A stretch of 64,000 bases of DNA, from the NCBI GenBank assembly GCA_903884815.1, contig CAISGE010000023.1, positions 252 through 64,251 of the forward strand, in the 5' to 3' direction. Below the pieces are notes generated by a model. That model was given only the letters and a program-made list of their open reading frames with translations, was not told where the DNA came from and did not search any database. Positions within the stretch are counted from its first letter, which is position 1, and each line of letters begins with the position of its first letter. A program made the translations under genes and the position numbers. Below are positions 9,659 to 20,278 of the stretch, in pieces. The DNA comes from Candidatus Omnitrophota bacterium (GTDB taxonomy: Bacteria > Omnitrophota > Omnitrophia > Omnitrophales > Aquincolibacteriaceae).

Positions 9659-11064
9659 GGATTCACCTTTAGGGTCCGGACGTCCACAAAATGCCCGGCC
9701 ACGGCCGCGGCAGCCGCCATTTCAGCCCCCACAAGATGGGAACGGCCTCCTTTGCCCTGGCGTCCCTCGAAATTGCGGTTCGAAGTCGACGCGCACCGCT
9801 CCCCCGGCTTCAGCTGGTCCGGGTTCATGGCAAGACACATACTGCAGCCTGATTCGCGCCATTCGCAACCGGCCGCCTTAAAGATCTTATCGAGCCCCTC
9901 GGCTTCCGCCTGGGCCTTAACTTGTTGCGAACCCGGTACCGCGAGTACGCGAACCCCCGGGGCGACTTTATGACCTTTTAAATATTTCGCCGCCGCCCGG
10001 AAATCCTCGATACGCCCATTCGTGCAACTTCCGATAAAAACGGTATCGATCTTGATATCCGTGATCTTCATGCCGGACTTAAGCCCCATATAGCTCAGCG
10101 CTTTTTCCACATCCTCTTTATGATACCCTGGCACCTGATCCAACTGCGGCACGACCCCCTCGACACCCGTAACCATACCCGGGCTTGTCCCCCAAGTCAC
10201 CTGGGGGGAGATCTCGGAGGCGTCTATTGTGAGCTCTTTATCGAATTTTGCCCCGGCATCGCTGGGAAGCGTTTTCCAGTACGTGATCGCCTTTTCAAGA
10301 TCCTTGCCTTTGGGGGCATAGGGACGTTCGGTCTCTGTGAAATATTTAAAAGTTGTTTCGTCCGGGGCGATCATACCGCTTCGCGCGCCGGCCTCGATCG
10401 CCATATTGCAAAGGGTCATACGCGCCTCCATCGAAAGCGCACGAATGGCCTCGCCGCAGAACTCGATCGCACAACCGGTACCTCCCGCGGTCCCAATCAT
10501 GCCAATCAGCTTCAAGATCAAGTCTTTGGCCGTAACCGGATATTTTACCTGGCCCGTGAACTCCACTTTAAAGGTCTTGGGTTTTTTCTGAAGGAGGCAC
10601 TGGGTCGCGAACACGTGCTCGACTTCGGAGGTTCCGATCCCGAACGCGAGAGCCCCAAAGGCGCCGTGCGTAGCGGTGTGAGAATCCCCGCAAACGATCG
10701 TGGTCCCCGGAAGGGTGATCCCGAGCTCCGGCCCGACAATGTGCACCACCCCCTGTTTGTCACTGTGAAGATCAAAAAGTGTCACGCCGAACTCTTTGCA
10801 GTTCTTGGAAAGCGCTTCGATCTGGGCTTTCGCGATAACGTCCTTGATATTAAAACGATCCTGAGTGGGAACATTGTGATCCATGGTCGCGAAGGTCAAC
10901 TCGGGACGGCGCACCCTTCGACCCGAAAGACGAAGTCCCTCGAATGCCTGAGCGCTCGTCACTTCATGGACCAGTTGGCGATCGATGTAAAGGAGCGTCG
11001 TTCCGTCCTGAAAGGTCGTAACGACATGAGCATCCCAGATTTTTTCAAAAAGTGTTTTTGCCAT
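9655..11064 (-). CDS. leuC: 3-isopropylmalate dehydratase large subunit
   Basis: [42 protein letters not shown]. Confidence 0.98.
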   Translation of the reverse strand: MAKTLFEKIWDAHVVTTFQDGTTLLYIDRQLVHEVTSAQAFEGLRLSGRRVRRPELTFATMDHNVPTQDRFNIKDVIAKAQIEALSKNCKEFGVTLFDLHSDKQGVVHIVGPELGITLPGTTIVCGDSHTATHGAFGALAFGIGTSEVEHVFATQCLLQKKPKTFKVEFTGQVKYPVTAKDLILKLIGMIGTAGGTGCAIEFCGEAIRALSMEARMTLCNMAIEAGARSGMIAPDETTFKYFTETERPYAPKGKDLEKAITYWKTLPSDAGAKFDKELTIDASEISPQVTWGTSPGMVTGVEGVVPQLDQVPGYHKEDVEKALSYMGLKSGMKITDIKIDTVFIGSCTNGRIEDFRAAAKYLKGHKVAPGVRVLAVPGSQQVKAQAEAEGLDKIFKAAGCEWRESGCSMCLAMNPDQLKPGERCASTSNRNFEGRQGKGGRSHLVGAEMAAAAAVAGHFVDVRTLKVNP

Positions 11065-11208
11065 AAGAAAGATGATTATATGAATTTACGCTAAATTCGC
11101 AAGGAATTCGAAAAAAGATCAGGTGATGGGGAACAAAGCGAAAATCCAATACTTGCGTTTTCGTTGCCCGTTCCCCGTTTCCCGAGATTCATCCTTGATG
11201 CAAAGAAC

Positions 11209-11237
11209 TTGCGTCCTATCCCCGAATCGGACATAAT
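11209..11237 (+). promoter_or_regulatory. Putative sigma70 promoter of the first TMTC-like gene
   Basis: TTGCGT-N17-CATAAT; conserved in the duplicated upstream region of the paralog. Confidence 0.6.
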
Positions 11238-11265
11238 CCGCGTCGAACTTCAACCTTGAGACTCT

Positions 11266-13056
11266 ATGAACTCAAAACCGATTTCCATCCGGATGTGTTT
11301 TCTCCTGATTCTTTTCTTTGGGATCGCGGCCTATGCCAATACCTTCAACGTCCCTTTTCAGTATGACGCGGCCTCTCTTCTAACAGAACAAACCTTTCAG
11401 CCCCCTTTCAATTCCGGAAAGATCTGGAACGTCCTTCCTTCCCGTTTTGTCGCGCATACAAGCTTCGCCCTTCAATTCGCCATCACCGGTTCAGCACCGT
11501 GGGGTTTTCATGTCGTCAATTTACTCATCCATTTGCTGACGACGCTTGCTGTCTTTGGAACCACCCGTTTGCTTCTTCGGACACCGGCGCTCCGAGGAAC
11601 AATTCCTCCGGAGCAACACGATGTGTTCTCTTTGGCATCCGCCCTTCTGTTCCTGACCCACCCCCTTCAAACGGAATCCGTCACTTATATTGTGCAGCGT
11701 TTGACCTCTCTGGCCTCTCTTTTCTACTTGGCTACTCTGTGGATGTATCTTAAAGCGCGTCTCGAAGACGCCCGCCACTATCGGGTTGTTTTCCTCTTCA
11801 TGCTTGCGGCCATGATGAGCAAAGAAATCAGCTTCACAATCCCTTTCGCGATCCTCCTCGTGGATTTTTGCTTTTTTCCGCTTTCTGAAAAGGAAACGGT
11901 GCTCGCGAAACTTCTTCGTTGGCTGCCATTCGCCGCTTTCCTTTTGGGCATACTGCTTTTGTTCTATCTCACATCGGCAGGTAGATTCGAGAGCTCTCAT
12001 GCCGCCGTCAACACGACAACATCCCGGTGGTGCTATCTTTTGACCCAGTTCCGCGTCCTAAGAACCTACTTGCGCCTTCTTGTTTTCCCGGTCAATCAAT
12101 GCGTCGATTACGATTATCGGCTTTCGTCAGGCAGGGGCGATCTTGATACGTGGGCAGCATTTTACTTGCTCTTCAATGTTTTCCTCTTAGCCATTGCCTT
12201 TTTAAAAAAATATCGCCTTTTGGCGTTCGGTGTTTTATGGTTCTTCCTGACCTTGAGCGTCGAATCAACCGTCATCCCACTTAAAGACCTCATCGTCGAG
12301 CATCGCCTATATCTTCCGATGTTTGGATTTTCTCTTTTTTTCTCATCCCTTTTATGGCAGGCCGCTCGGTCCCCTGCCCGTTTCCTAGCCATCGTCCTAG
12401 CCCTCGCCGTGGTCTTATCCGGAATGACCTATGCGCGCAACGAAGTGTGGCAGAGTCCTTTCACCTTATGGCGGGATACAGTAAAAAGATCCCCCCACAA
12501 GTGGCGTCCCTACAGCAAACTAGGCGAGGCCTACATGTCAGAATTGAATGATGATAAAACCGCGCTTTTTTATTTCCACAAAGCCCTAGAGACGGGAGGT
12601 TCCTCAGCAGGGATGCTCGCTAATATGTCTACAGCCTATTTTCGCCTTAAAAACCCTACCGCGGGCACCTTTTACCACGATTGGGCAAATTCCATCATGG
12701 ATCCGCGAGACCAAGCGGCTCAAGTTGTCCTTTACGGGAACGAAGCAGTTACTTTGAGAAACGAAAAGAAGATACCCGAAGCCATCACCTCTCTCAAGAA
12801 AGCCCTCGCGATTAACTCTCAATACCAGCGCGCCCCCATTCTAATTCTGTTAGGAGAATTTTATCGAGAATCGGGACAAGAGGACGCCGCTATCGCTGCT
12901 TTTCGCCAGGCCATCGAAGCAGCCCCCGCATCCAAGGAGGGTTATGACGCCCTGGCGCTTCTTTATAAGGAAAAAGGAGAAAATCAAAAAGCCTTGGCGG
13001 TCATCATAGAATATCTGAGATTCAAGCAAAAACACAAACAGCTATTTGGCAATTAA
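11266..13056 (+). CDS. TMTC-like (GT-C fold) membrane glycosyltransferase with C-terminal TPRs, copy 1
   Basis: HVVNLLIH, HPLQTESVTYIVQR, SKE, EHRLYLP, RNEVW..LW motifs; about 11 TMs plus TPRs. Confidence 0.85.
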   Translation: MNSKPISIRMCFLLILFFGIAAYANTFNVPFQYDAASLLTEQTFQPPFNSGKIWNVLPSRFVAHTSFALQFAITGSAPWGFHVVNLLIHLLTTLAVFGTTRLLLRTPALRGTIPPEQHDVFSLASALLFLTHPLQTESVTYIVQRLTSLASLFYLATLWMYLKARLEDARHYRVVFLFMLAAMMSKEISFTIPFAILLVDFCFFPLSEKETVLAKLLRWLPFAAFLLGILLLFYLTSAGRFESSHAAVNTTTSRWCYLLTQFRVLRTYLRLLVFPVNQCVDYDYRLSSGRGDLDTWAAFYLLFNVFLLAIAFLKKYRLLAFGVLWFFLTLSVESTVIPLKDLIVEHRLYLPMFGFSLFFSSLLWQAARSPARFLAIVLALAVVLSGMTYARNEVWQSPFTLWRDTVKRSPHKWRPYSKLGEAYMSELNDDKTALFYFHKALETGGSSAGMLANMSTAYFRLKNPTAGTFYHDWANSIMDPRDQAAQVVLYGNEAVTLRNEKKIPEAITSLKKALAINSQYQRAPILILLGEFYRESGQEDAAIAAFRQAIEAAPASKEGYDALALLYKEKGENQKALAVIIEYLRFKQKHKQLFGN

Positions 13057-13154
13057 ATTCAAAAAACCGGGAAATCGAAATCGCTGGTGAATTCCAAGTT
13101 TCATTTTACGCTCCCCGTGGTTTATTCCCCAGCTTCGCGATTAATTCAAACCCC

Positions 13155-13183
13155 TTGTGTCCTTTCCTAGAATCAGACATAAT
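13155..13183 (+). promoter_or_regulatory. Putative sigma70 promoter of the second TMTC-like gene
   Basis: TTGTGT-N17-CATAAT, homologous to 11209-11237. Confidence 0.6.
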
Positions 13184-13212
13184 CCACCTTAATACTTCAA
13201 CCCTGAGACTGT

Positions 13213-15006
13213 ATGGACTCAAAACCGCTCTCCATCCGAATGTGTTTTCTCCTGATCCTTTTCTTCGGAATCGCGGCCTATTCCAACACCTTCAACAGTC
13301 CGTTCCATTTTGATGACATCCCCAGCATCCTGGAACATCGCCGTCTTCATCCTCTGAATCTTGGGCAGCTTTGGAATTACATGCCGCCCCGTTTTATCTC
13401 GTATCTCAGCTTGGCCCTCAACATTTACATTTCGGGTTTCGAGACATGGAGCTTTCACATCCTGAATCTTCTGATCCACATCCTTTCGGCGTGGGTCGTC
13501 TTCAGGCTCACGCTCTTGATCCTCGCCACCCCTTCCATAAAAGATCTCGTACTCCCTTCCCAGCAAAATCTTTTTGCCCTCGCGCCGGCACTCTTGTTCC
13601 TGACCCATCCTCTTCAGACGCAGGCTGTCACCTACATTGTCCAGCGCATGGCATCGCTGGCGACTCTTTTTTACTTAGCAACCCTTTTGATGTATCTCAA
13701 GGCCAGGCTTGAGGAGGCCCGCAACTACCGGCTGGTGTTTCTTTTCATGCTGGCGGCCATGCTGTGCAAGCAGATCAGCTTCACACTCCCTTTCGCGATC
13801 CTGCTTATGGACTTTTATTTTTTCCCTCTCTCTGAAAAAGAAACGGTTCGCGTAAAAATTCTTCGTTGGCTGCCCTACGCCGCTTTTCTTTTGATCCTTT
13901 TAGCACCTTACTGGATCACCACCTACAAAAACCTCATCCATACGGGGGAACTGAAGGGCATTCTCCCCAGCAGCCAGACAACCCTATCCCGTTGGGACTA
14001 TCTTCTGACTGAATTCCGGGTCCTAAGAACTTATTTGCGCCTTCTTGTCTTGCCGATCGGCCAATGCCTTTTCTATGATTATCGGCTTTCAACAGGACGC
14101 GGCGATCCCGACACTTGGGTGGCTTTTACGTTGCTCCTCAGCCTTTTCAGTCTAGCCATCGCTCTTTCTAAGAAAAATCGGCTCCTCTCGTTCGGTATCT
14201 TATGGTTCTTTCTAACCCTCAGCGTCGAATCAACGATCGTCCCTCTCGACGATGTGATCTTTGAACACCGACTTTATCTCCCGATGTTCGGCTTCGCTCT
14301 CGCCCTCACATCCCTTTTATGGCGGGTGACCCGGTCTCCCAAAATCTTCGCGGCCGTTCTACTATCTCTTGTGGTAATACTTTCAGGCATGACCTATTTT
14401 CGAAATGAAGTCTGGAAAACCAAGCTTGCGCTTAGCTGGGACATCGCAAAAAAATGCCCGAACAAAGGCGTCTCCTATGCGGGGTTAGGCGATGCCTACA
14501 GCCGGGAAGCGAAAGATGACAGGACCGCGGTGATCTATTATGAAAAGGCGTTGGCATTGGGATATGTCAATCCGTTCGGTTACTACAACTTATACGCCTG
14601 TTACGGCCGGCTTGGCGATCAGAAAAAGAGCTCTCATTATGATAAATTGTTCCGAGGATTCGCGGGTCCGGTCAAAGATTTTGCTTCTAATTATGATCAT
14701 GCATTAGCGATGATAAGCGAGGGGAAAGACACAGAAGCCATCGAAGCATTTAAAAAAGCCATCCGGGTTGATCCGAGTTATCCTATGGCCCACATCCGTC
14801 TGGGAGAAACTTATCTAAAAATGCAGCGCGAGCAGGAGGCCATTTTCTCTTTCAAAAAAGCCATTGAGGTATCGCCGCTAGACAAGGCGGGGTATGACGC
14901 CCTGGCCCTTTTTTATAAGGCCAAGGGAGAGGATCAAAAAGCCTTGGCCGTCATGGTCGACTATGTGAAGTGTCAAAAGAGGCACAAGCCTTTGTTTGGC
15001 GGCTGA
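13213..15006 (+). CDS. TMTC-like (GT-C fold) membrane glycosyltransferase with C-terminal TPRs, copy 2
   Basis: FHFDD, HPLQTQAVTYIVQR, EHRLYLP, RNEVW; tandem paralog of 11266-13056. Confidence 0.87.
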   Translation: MDSKPLSIRMCFLLILFFGIAAYSNTFNSPFHFDDIPSILEHRRLHPLNLGQLWNYMPPRFISYLSLALNIYISGFETWSFHILNLLIHILSAWVVFRLTLLILATPSIKDLVLPSQQNLFALAPALLFLTHPLQTQAVTYIVQRMASLATLFYLATLLMYLKARLEEARNYRLVFLFMLAAMLCKQISFTLPFAILLMDFYFFPLSEKETVRVKILRWLPYAAFLLILLAPYWITTYKNLIHTGELKGILPSSQTTLSRWDYLLTEFRVLRTYLRLLVLPIGQCLFYDYRLSTGRGDPDTWVAFTLLLSLFSLAIALSKKNRLLSFGILWFFLTLSVESTIVPLDDVIFEHRLYLPMFGFALALTSLLWRVTRSPKIFAAVLLSLVVILSGMTYFRNEVWKTKLALSWDIAKKCPNKGVSYAGLGDAYSREAKDDRTAVIYYEKALALGYVNPFGYYNLYACYGRLGDQKKSSHYDKLFRGFAGPVKDFASNYDHALAMISEGKDTEAIEAFKKAIRVDPSYPMAHIRLGETYLKMQREQEAIFSFKKAIEVSPLDKAGYDALALFYKAKGEDQKALAVMVDYVKCQKRHKPLFGG

Positions 15007-15102
15007 AAGTTCCGGCCATCCTGGAAAACGGTTTTCCGTTCGGCATTCCCCGTCGAACGCCCGCCCTCCACAGACAATCTCCTGTGACCTTCCCCTGAGT
15101 TA

Positions 15103-16194
15103 CTAAAACAGTTCCCCTTGTGCAGACGGTGGAATTTCATCTTTGCTTTTCAGCCCGCTGATCCCGAGGCCGAGAAGCCGGATCGGTTTCCGGCCGGCGA
15201 GCGTTTTCCTCTTTAATAGATCGCAGGCGATCTCATCAAGCACATGCCAATCCCCCGGAGGCGCGGTAAGGGTCCTGGATCGCGTGATTTGTTCAAAGTC
15301 ATGGTATTTCACTTTGAGCACGACCGTCCGTCCCGTCCGGCCTTCCTGTTTCAGATCATAGAAAACATGCTCGGCGAGTTGGGCGAGCTTCCGCCTAAGC
15401 CACGGGATATCCGTCATGTCTTTGGGGAATGTTTCCTCCGCACTCAGCTGTGTCCGTTCCCAAAAAGGATTCACGTCCCGGTCCTCTTCTCCCCGCGCCC
15501 GATGGAAAAGCTCAAGTCCCCACTTCCCGAGCTTCGCCGTAAGATCTTGCGGCTTCATGTCCCAAATGTCCCCGCAAGTTTCCAGCGTCATGCCGTGCAA
15601 GATCTCCTCCGTACGCGGTCCTACGCCTGGGATCTTCCGGACCGGAAGATCCTTGAGGAACTCCAGAACCATGTCCGGATACACCACGGTGAGGCCGTCC
15701 GGTTTTTGCATATCGGAAGCGATCTTGGCAAGAAACATCGCGGGAGCCACCCCCGCGGAAGCGGTGAGTTTTGTCACGGCGAAGATATGTTGCTTGATGA
15801 GCGCTGCGAGCTTGACGGGATCTTCGAGCTTGAGTTTGTTCTCAACGACATCGAGATAGGCCTCGTCGAGTGAAAGCTGCTCGACGAGAGGCGTATAGGT
15901 ATGCAAGATGGCCATGATGGATTGTGAAGCGGCGTTGTATTTTTCAAAGTCAGGATAGAGGAAAACACCCTGGGGGCAGAGGCGCTTGGCCTGCGCGGTC
16001 GGCATGGCAGAATGGACGCCGAATTTGCGGGCTTCATAGGAGCAGGTACTCACGACACTGCGACTATTCGGGTCCCCGCCGATGATCACGGGCTTGCCCT
16101 TAAGAGAGGAATCATCACGTTGCTCCACAGCCGCAAAGAACGCGTCCATGTCGAGATGGATGAATTTACGGGGCCAACGCATAACGACGGTCAA
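15103..16194 (-). CDS. dinB: DNA polymerase IV (start may be ATG at 16182)
   Basis: HLDMDAFFAAVE, SYEARKFGVHSAM, SLDEAYLD, AKIASDMQKPDG. Confidence 0.96.
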   Translation of the reverse strand: MTVVMRWPRKFIHLDMDAFFAAVEQRDDSSLKGKPVIIGGDPNSRSVVSTCSYEARKFGVHSAMPTAQAKRLCPQGVFLYPDFEKYNAASQSIMAILHTYTPLVEQLSLDEAYLDVVENKLKLEDPVKLAALIKQHIFAVTKLTASAGVAPAMFLAKIASDMQKPDGLTVVYPDMVLEFLKDLPVRKIPGVGPRTEEILHGMTLETCGDIWDMKPQDLTAKLGKWGLELFHRARGEEDRDVNPFWERTQLSAEETFPKDMTDIPWLRRKLAQLAEHVFYDLKQEGRTGRTVVLKVKYHDFEQITRSRTLTAPPGDWHVLDEIACDLLKRKTLAGRKPIRLLGLGISGLKSKDEIPPSAQGELF

Positions 16195-16249
16195 CGGTCA
16201 ACGCACAACGAAAATGCTCTTATGCCTTTTACGTTGACCGTTGGCCGTT
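16186..16249. repeat. Inverted repeat built from CAACGGT-type heptamers
   Basis: GACGGTCAACGGTCAACG (16186-16203) versus CGTTGACCGTTGGCCGTT (16232-16249). Confidence 0.7.
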
Positions 16250-16275
16250 GCACGTTGCCCCCGATAGCGGAACAG

Positions 16276-17958
16276 TTAAAGAGAGGAGATAAGTGAATGT
16301 AACTCGACGAGCTTTGTTTCGCCCGTCTGGCGATGCTTAACCTCGACCTTCCCTTCTTTGAGGCTGCGTTCGCCGACGATGATCTGGGTGGGAATGCCAA
16401 CCAGGTCCGCGTCATTGAACTTTACGCCGGCCCGTTCATCGCGATCATCAAAAAGAACGTCCTTGCCGGCTTTCGTCAGCTCTTCATAGATCTTCTCCGC
16501 GGCCGCCCGGACTTTCTCGTCCGCGTGGTTCACTGTGATGACCTCGATCGCGAACGGAGCAATAGCCTCGGGCCACTTGATGCCCTTTAAGTCGTGATGC
16601 TGTTCGATCGTGGCGGCCAGAATTCGGTTCACGCCGATCCCGTAGCAGCCCATGATCGCGGGCTTACGTCCCCCTTTTTCATCCAGGAAATGAGCGCCAA
16701 TAGACTCCGAGTAGCGGGTGCCGAGTTTGAAGATATGACCGATCTCCATACTGGTCGTAAGCGCGAGTTTGCTCTTGCCGTCGGGAGCCAGGTCGCCGTC
16801 TTTGACGAAGCGAATGTCGCCTGTGGCCGTCGGCGTAAAATCGCGCCCAATCGTAACGCCCTTCATGTGCTTGTCCTTCTGATTCCCGCCCGTCACAGCG
16901 TCCGCGATCCCGAGAATATCCCAGTCCGCGTAAAACGGGATCTTGAGTCCCACCGGCCCAGCAAATCCTACCGGTGCTCCCGTGGCTTCCAGGATCTCGT
17001 GTCCGTCCGCCTGGCGCAGTTCCTTGGCCCCGACCAGCTTCTTGAGCTTCCCTTCATTGACTTCGCTATCCCCCGTCACAAGCGCAGCGACGGCTTTTCC
17101 ATCGGCCATAAAAATAAGCGTCTTGATCATGTGCGAAGGCTTGACCTTGTAACGGTGCGAGATCTCTTCGATGGTGCGAAGATTCGGGGTATCGAATAGT
17201 TCCGGGGCCGGAGCCTGGGGCGCAGGCGTTTTCAGATCCGGATTGCCGCGGGTGGCAATATCCTGGCTCGCGAGGTAACCGTCTTCGGAACTCGCGACGC
17301 GGTCTTCCCCGTACGGACAGATCACCATGAATTCCTGGCTCATCTTGCCGCCCATCATACCGGTATCCGCGTTCACGACCTGGAACTTGAGGCCGCAGCG
17401 GGTAAAAATCCTCTGGTAGGCGTCGTACATTTTCTGATAATTCGCATCAAGCCCCTTTTCATCGACATCGAAGCTGTAGGCGTCTTTCATGATGAATTCC
17501 TTGGTGCGGATCACGCCGAAGCGCGGGCGGGCCTCGTCACGGAACTTATTCTGGATCTGAAAAAGATTGAGCGGCAGATCGCGGAAGGATTTGATACTGT
17601 TTCCCACGAGATCGGTGATGATTTCCTCATGCGTGGGCCCGAGAACGAACTCATGGCCTGCGCGGTTCTTGAAGGCGATCTTGTCGTCCCCGAGAGTCTC
17701 ATAGCGTCCGGATTTCTTCCAGATCTCGGCGGGATGAAGCGCCGGCAAAAGCACCTCGGAGGCACCGGCCCGGTTCATCTCTTCACGGATGATCCCAATG
17801 ATCTTCAGAAGCGTCCGGAAACCCAGCGGCAGGTAGCTGTAAACCCCGGAAGAAAGCTGGCGGATAAGACCGGCGCGCAGTGCGAGTTGATGGCTGATGG
17901 CTTCGGCATCCTTGGGAATATTGCGGAGACTCGGGATCAGGGTTTGTGTCCAACGCAT
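16276..17958 (-). CDS. proS: Proline--tRNA ligase (with editing insertion)
   Basis: LGPTHEE, FRDEARPRFG, EIGHIFKLG, MGCYGIG, anticodon-binding domain. Confidence 0.98.
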   Translation of the reverse strand: MRWTQTLIPSLRNIPKDAEAISHQLALRAGLIRQLSSGVYSYLPLGFRTLLKIIGIIREEMNRAGASEVLLPALHPAEIWKKSGRYETLGDDKIAFKNRAGHEFVLGPTHEEIITDLVGNSIKSFRDLPLNLFQIQNKFRDEARPRFGVIRTKEFIMKDAYSFDVDEKGLDANYQKMYDAYQRIFTRCGLKFQVVNADTGMMGGKMSQEFMVICPYGEDRVASSEDGYLASQDIATRGNPDLKTPAPQAPAPELFDTPNLRTIEEISHRYKVKPSHMIKTLIFMADGKAVAALVTGDSEVNEGKLKKLVGAKELRQADGHEILEATGAPVGFAGPVGLKIPFYADWDILGIADAVTGGNQKDKHMKGVTIGRDFTPTATGDIRFVKDGDLAPDGKSKLALTTSMEIGHIFKLGTRYSESIGAHFLDEKGGRKPAIMGCYGIGVNRILAATIEQHHDLKGIKWPEAIAPFAIEVITVNHADEKVRAAAEKIYEELTKAGKDVLFDDRDERAGVKFNDADLVGIPTQIIVGERSLKEGKVEVKHRQTGETKLVELHSLISSL

Positions 17959-18020
17959 ATTTAGTACCTCGCGAGTCGTTAAAGAGGACAGACAGTCACT
18001 GAACGCCTATCCCCATTTGT

Positions 18021-19139
18021 TTATTTTAAATGAAGTAAATGTTTGACCTTATCCAGAATTGAGAGATTCACGGCGTCATTATAAAGGACGAACACCATGA
18101 GCGCCATAAGGAGGAAAAAACCTCCAGTCGTGATCCTCTCCTGCCACACCGGGCTGATACGTTTCCGCGTAATGAGCTCAAAGAGCAGGAACACCAGATG
18201 CCCGCCGTCAAGCGCCGGAAAAGGCAGTAGATTGATCACAGCAAGAGAGACACTCAAGATGGCCAAAAGCTGCAGGAGCGCCGCGATCCCCGCCTTGGCA
18301 GCCTGTCCGCTGATCTGAATGATGCCGAGAGGCCCCATCAGATGCTTGGGTGACACTTGTCCGGTCACGAGATAAAAGAGGGCCTTGTGCGTCAGCACGG
18401 TGTGAAAAGTTTCAAGCTCCCAGGCTTTTGCAATGGCGGCAACGGGACCGTAACGCTCGGAAACGTACACCGCAGGGTCCGGGGTGATCCCAACGCGCTT
18501 CATGTGCGCCGTCTTGCCAAACATATCTTTCGCGTCTTCAACTTTAGGTTTGATCTGGATCGTCAAGAACTCGGGCTGAGCGTTTGGAACCGGTCGCTCG
18601 ATATTCAATTTGATCATCGCCCCAGACGACTCATCGAACCGGTCCAGAATATCCTTCCAGTTCGCGACCACCTGATCATTCACTCTCAGGATCTTGTCAC
18701 TCGGCTTGAGCAAACTGGCTTCGGCGGGATACCCCTTCACAAAGCCGCCGACGACCGTCCCTGGCATCGGCCGGCCGATCACGAACACTGCCCAGAACAC
18801 CACGAACGCCAGCGCGTAATTCATCGCCACGCCGGATACCACGATCAAGATCCGCGAAAGAACGGGAGCCGCAAGAAAATCGCCCGGTTTCGGTCCTTCG
18901 GCTCCCACTTTGGAAGCCTCCTCCCCAGCCGGACTTACGAAACCGCCCAGGGGGAAAAGCGAGATCGAAAAACGCGTCTCACCGGACTTCCAGTGAATGA
19001 GTTCCGGCCCGAATCCGATCGAGAATTTCTCCACGCGGACCTTGGAAAAACGGCAGGCAATGAAATGACCGAACTCGTGAACAATAATGAGAATGCCAAA
19101 AACGATAAGCGCCGGTAAGATCGAAATCATGGAATTCAT
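18021..19139 (-). CDS. rseP: RIP metalloprotease RseP (M50, PDZ)
   Basis: HEFGH, FSIGFGP, NLLPFPALDGGH; follows dxr. Confidence 0.95.
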   Translation of the reverse strand: MNSMISILPALIVFGILIIVHEFGHFIACRFSKVRVEKFSIGFGPELIHWKSGETRFSISLFPLGGFVSPAGEEASKVGAEGPKPGDFLAAPVLSRILIVVSGVAMNYALAFVVFWAVFVIGRPMPGTVVGGFVKGYPAEASLLKPSDKILRVNDQVVANWKDILDRFDESSGAMIKLNIERPVPNAQPEFLTIQIKPKVEDAKDMFGKTAHMKRVGITPDPAVYVSERYGPVAAIAKAWELETFHTVLTHKALFYLVTGQVSPKHLMGPLGIIQISGQAAKAGIAALLQLLAILSVSLAVINLLPFPALDGGHLVFLLFELITRKRISPVWQERITTGGFFLLMALMVFVLYNDAVNLSILDKVKHLLHLK

Positions 19140-20278
19140 AGAAGCTCCTCGGCAGTTTCTCGAGCCCAGGCATCCGCCGCAAAGATATCGGCCAGGACCG
19201 GTTTATAAATAAGCCGATGCGAACGCATGGTCTTTTCAAGGGTCTTCGGGATCTCGAGAAATCCGATACGCCCGCTCAGAAAGGCCTCGACCGCCACTTC
19301 GTTGGCGGCATTCAGCACCGCGGGCATCGTTCCGCCGATCTTGCTTGCGGTGTAACCCAGGTCGAGACACGGAAAACGTTCCCGGTCCGGCTTCTCAAAA
19401 CGCAGCGAAGCCAGTTGCGTCAGATCAAGCCGCGGCAGATGATCTTCCAGACGTCCCGGATAGCTCAGCGCGTACTGGATCGGAAGGCGCATATCCGTCA
19501 CGCCGAGATGCGCAAGATGGGATCCATCCACGAACTCGACAAGCGCATGAACGATCGCCTCAGGATGCACCAGCACCTCGATCTTCCCGGCAGGAACGCG
19601 GAAAAGGTTGGCCGCCTCGATCACCTCAAGCCCCTTATTCATCATCGTGGCCGAGTCGATCGTGATCTTGGGGCCCATCTTCCACTTCGGATGATTGAGC
19701 GCCTGAGCGGGAGTGATCCTTGCCAAAGACCCTTTCATATTACGGAAAGGTCCTCCGGAGGACGTAATGATAAGTCTTTTTACAAAAGCAGGATCGTGTT
19801 TTTCAAGACACTGCCACAACGCGGAATGTTCGCTATCGATCGGAAGTACCGCCACTCCCGCTTTCTCGGCCGCATCCAGGAGCAGCTTCCCCGCCATCAC
19901 AAGCGGCTCTTTATTGGCGATCGCTACGGTCTTTTTCGCCTGCACGGCGGCAAAAATGGGCTTCAGCCCTGCCGCCCCGACCATCGCGCAAATCACTTCC
20001 TGGACTCCTGGAAGCGTCGCGACTTCCGCGAGCCCCTCATCCCCCGTCACCACGCGGATTTTCAGGCGTTTGAATTTGGGGGCCGCCTTTTGAGCGGCTT
20101 GCGCGTCATAGATACAAACGACTTTGGGACGGAATTCGACGGCCTGATCGTAAAGTTTCGCCGTATTTTTTTTTACAGCAAGCGCCTTGACCGAGAACCG
20201 TTCGGGATGGATACGAATGACGCGAAGGGTATTTTCTCCCACGGAGCCCGTGGAGCCCAGGATCGAAAGATGCTTCAT
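19136..20278 (-). CDS. dxr: 1-deoxy-D-xylulose-5-phosphate reductoisomerase
   Basis: LGSTGSVG, ANKE, PIDSEHSA, HPKWKMGPKITIDSATMMNKGLE. Confidence 0.98.
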   Translation of the reverse strand: MKHLSILGSTGSVGENTLRVIRIHPERFSVKALAVKKNTAKLYDQAVEFRPKVVCIYDAQAAQKAAPKFKRLKIRVVTGDEGLAEVATLPGVQEVICAMVGAAGLKPIFAAVQAKKTVAIANKEPLVMAGKLLLDAAEKAGVAVLPIDSEHSALWQCLEKHDPAFVKRLIITSSGGPFRNMKGSLARITPAQALNHPKWKMGPKITIDSATMMNKGLEVIEAANLFRVPAGKIEVLVHPEAIVHALVEFVDGSHLAHLGVTDMRLPIQYALSYPGRLEDHLPRLDLTQLASLRFEKPDRERFPCLDLGYTASKIGGTMPAVLNAANEVAVEAFLSGRIGFLEIPKTLEKTMRSHRLIYKPVLADIFAADAWARETAEELL

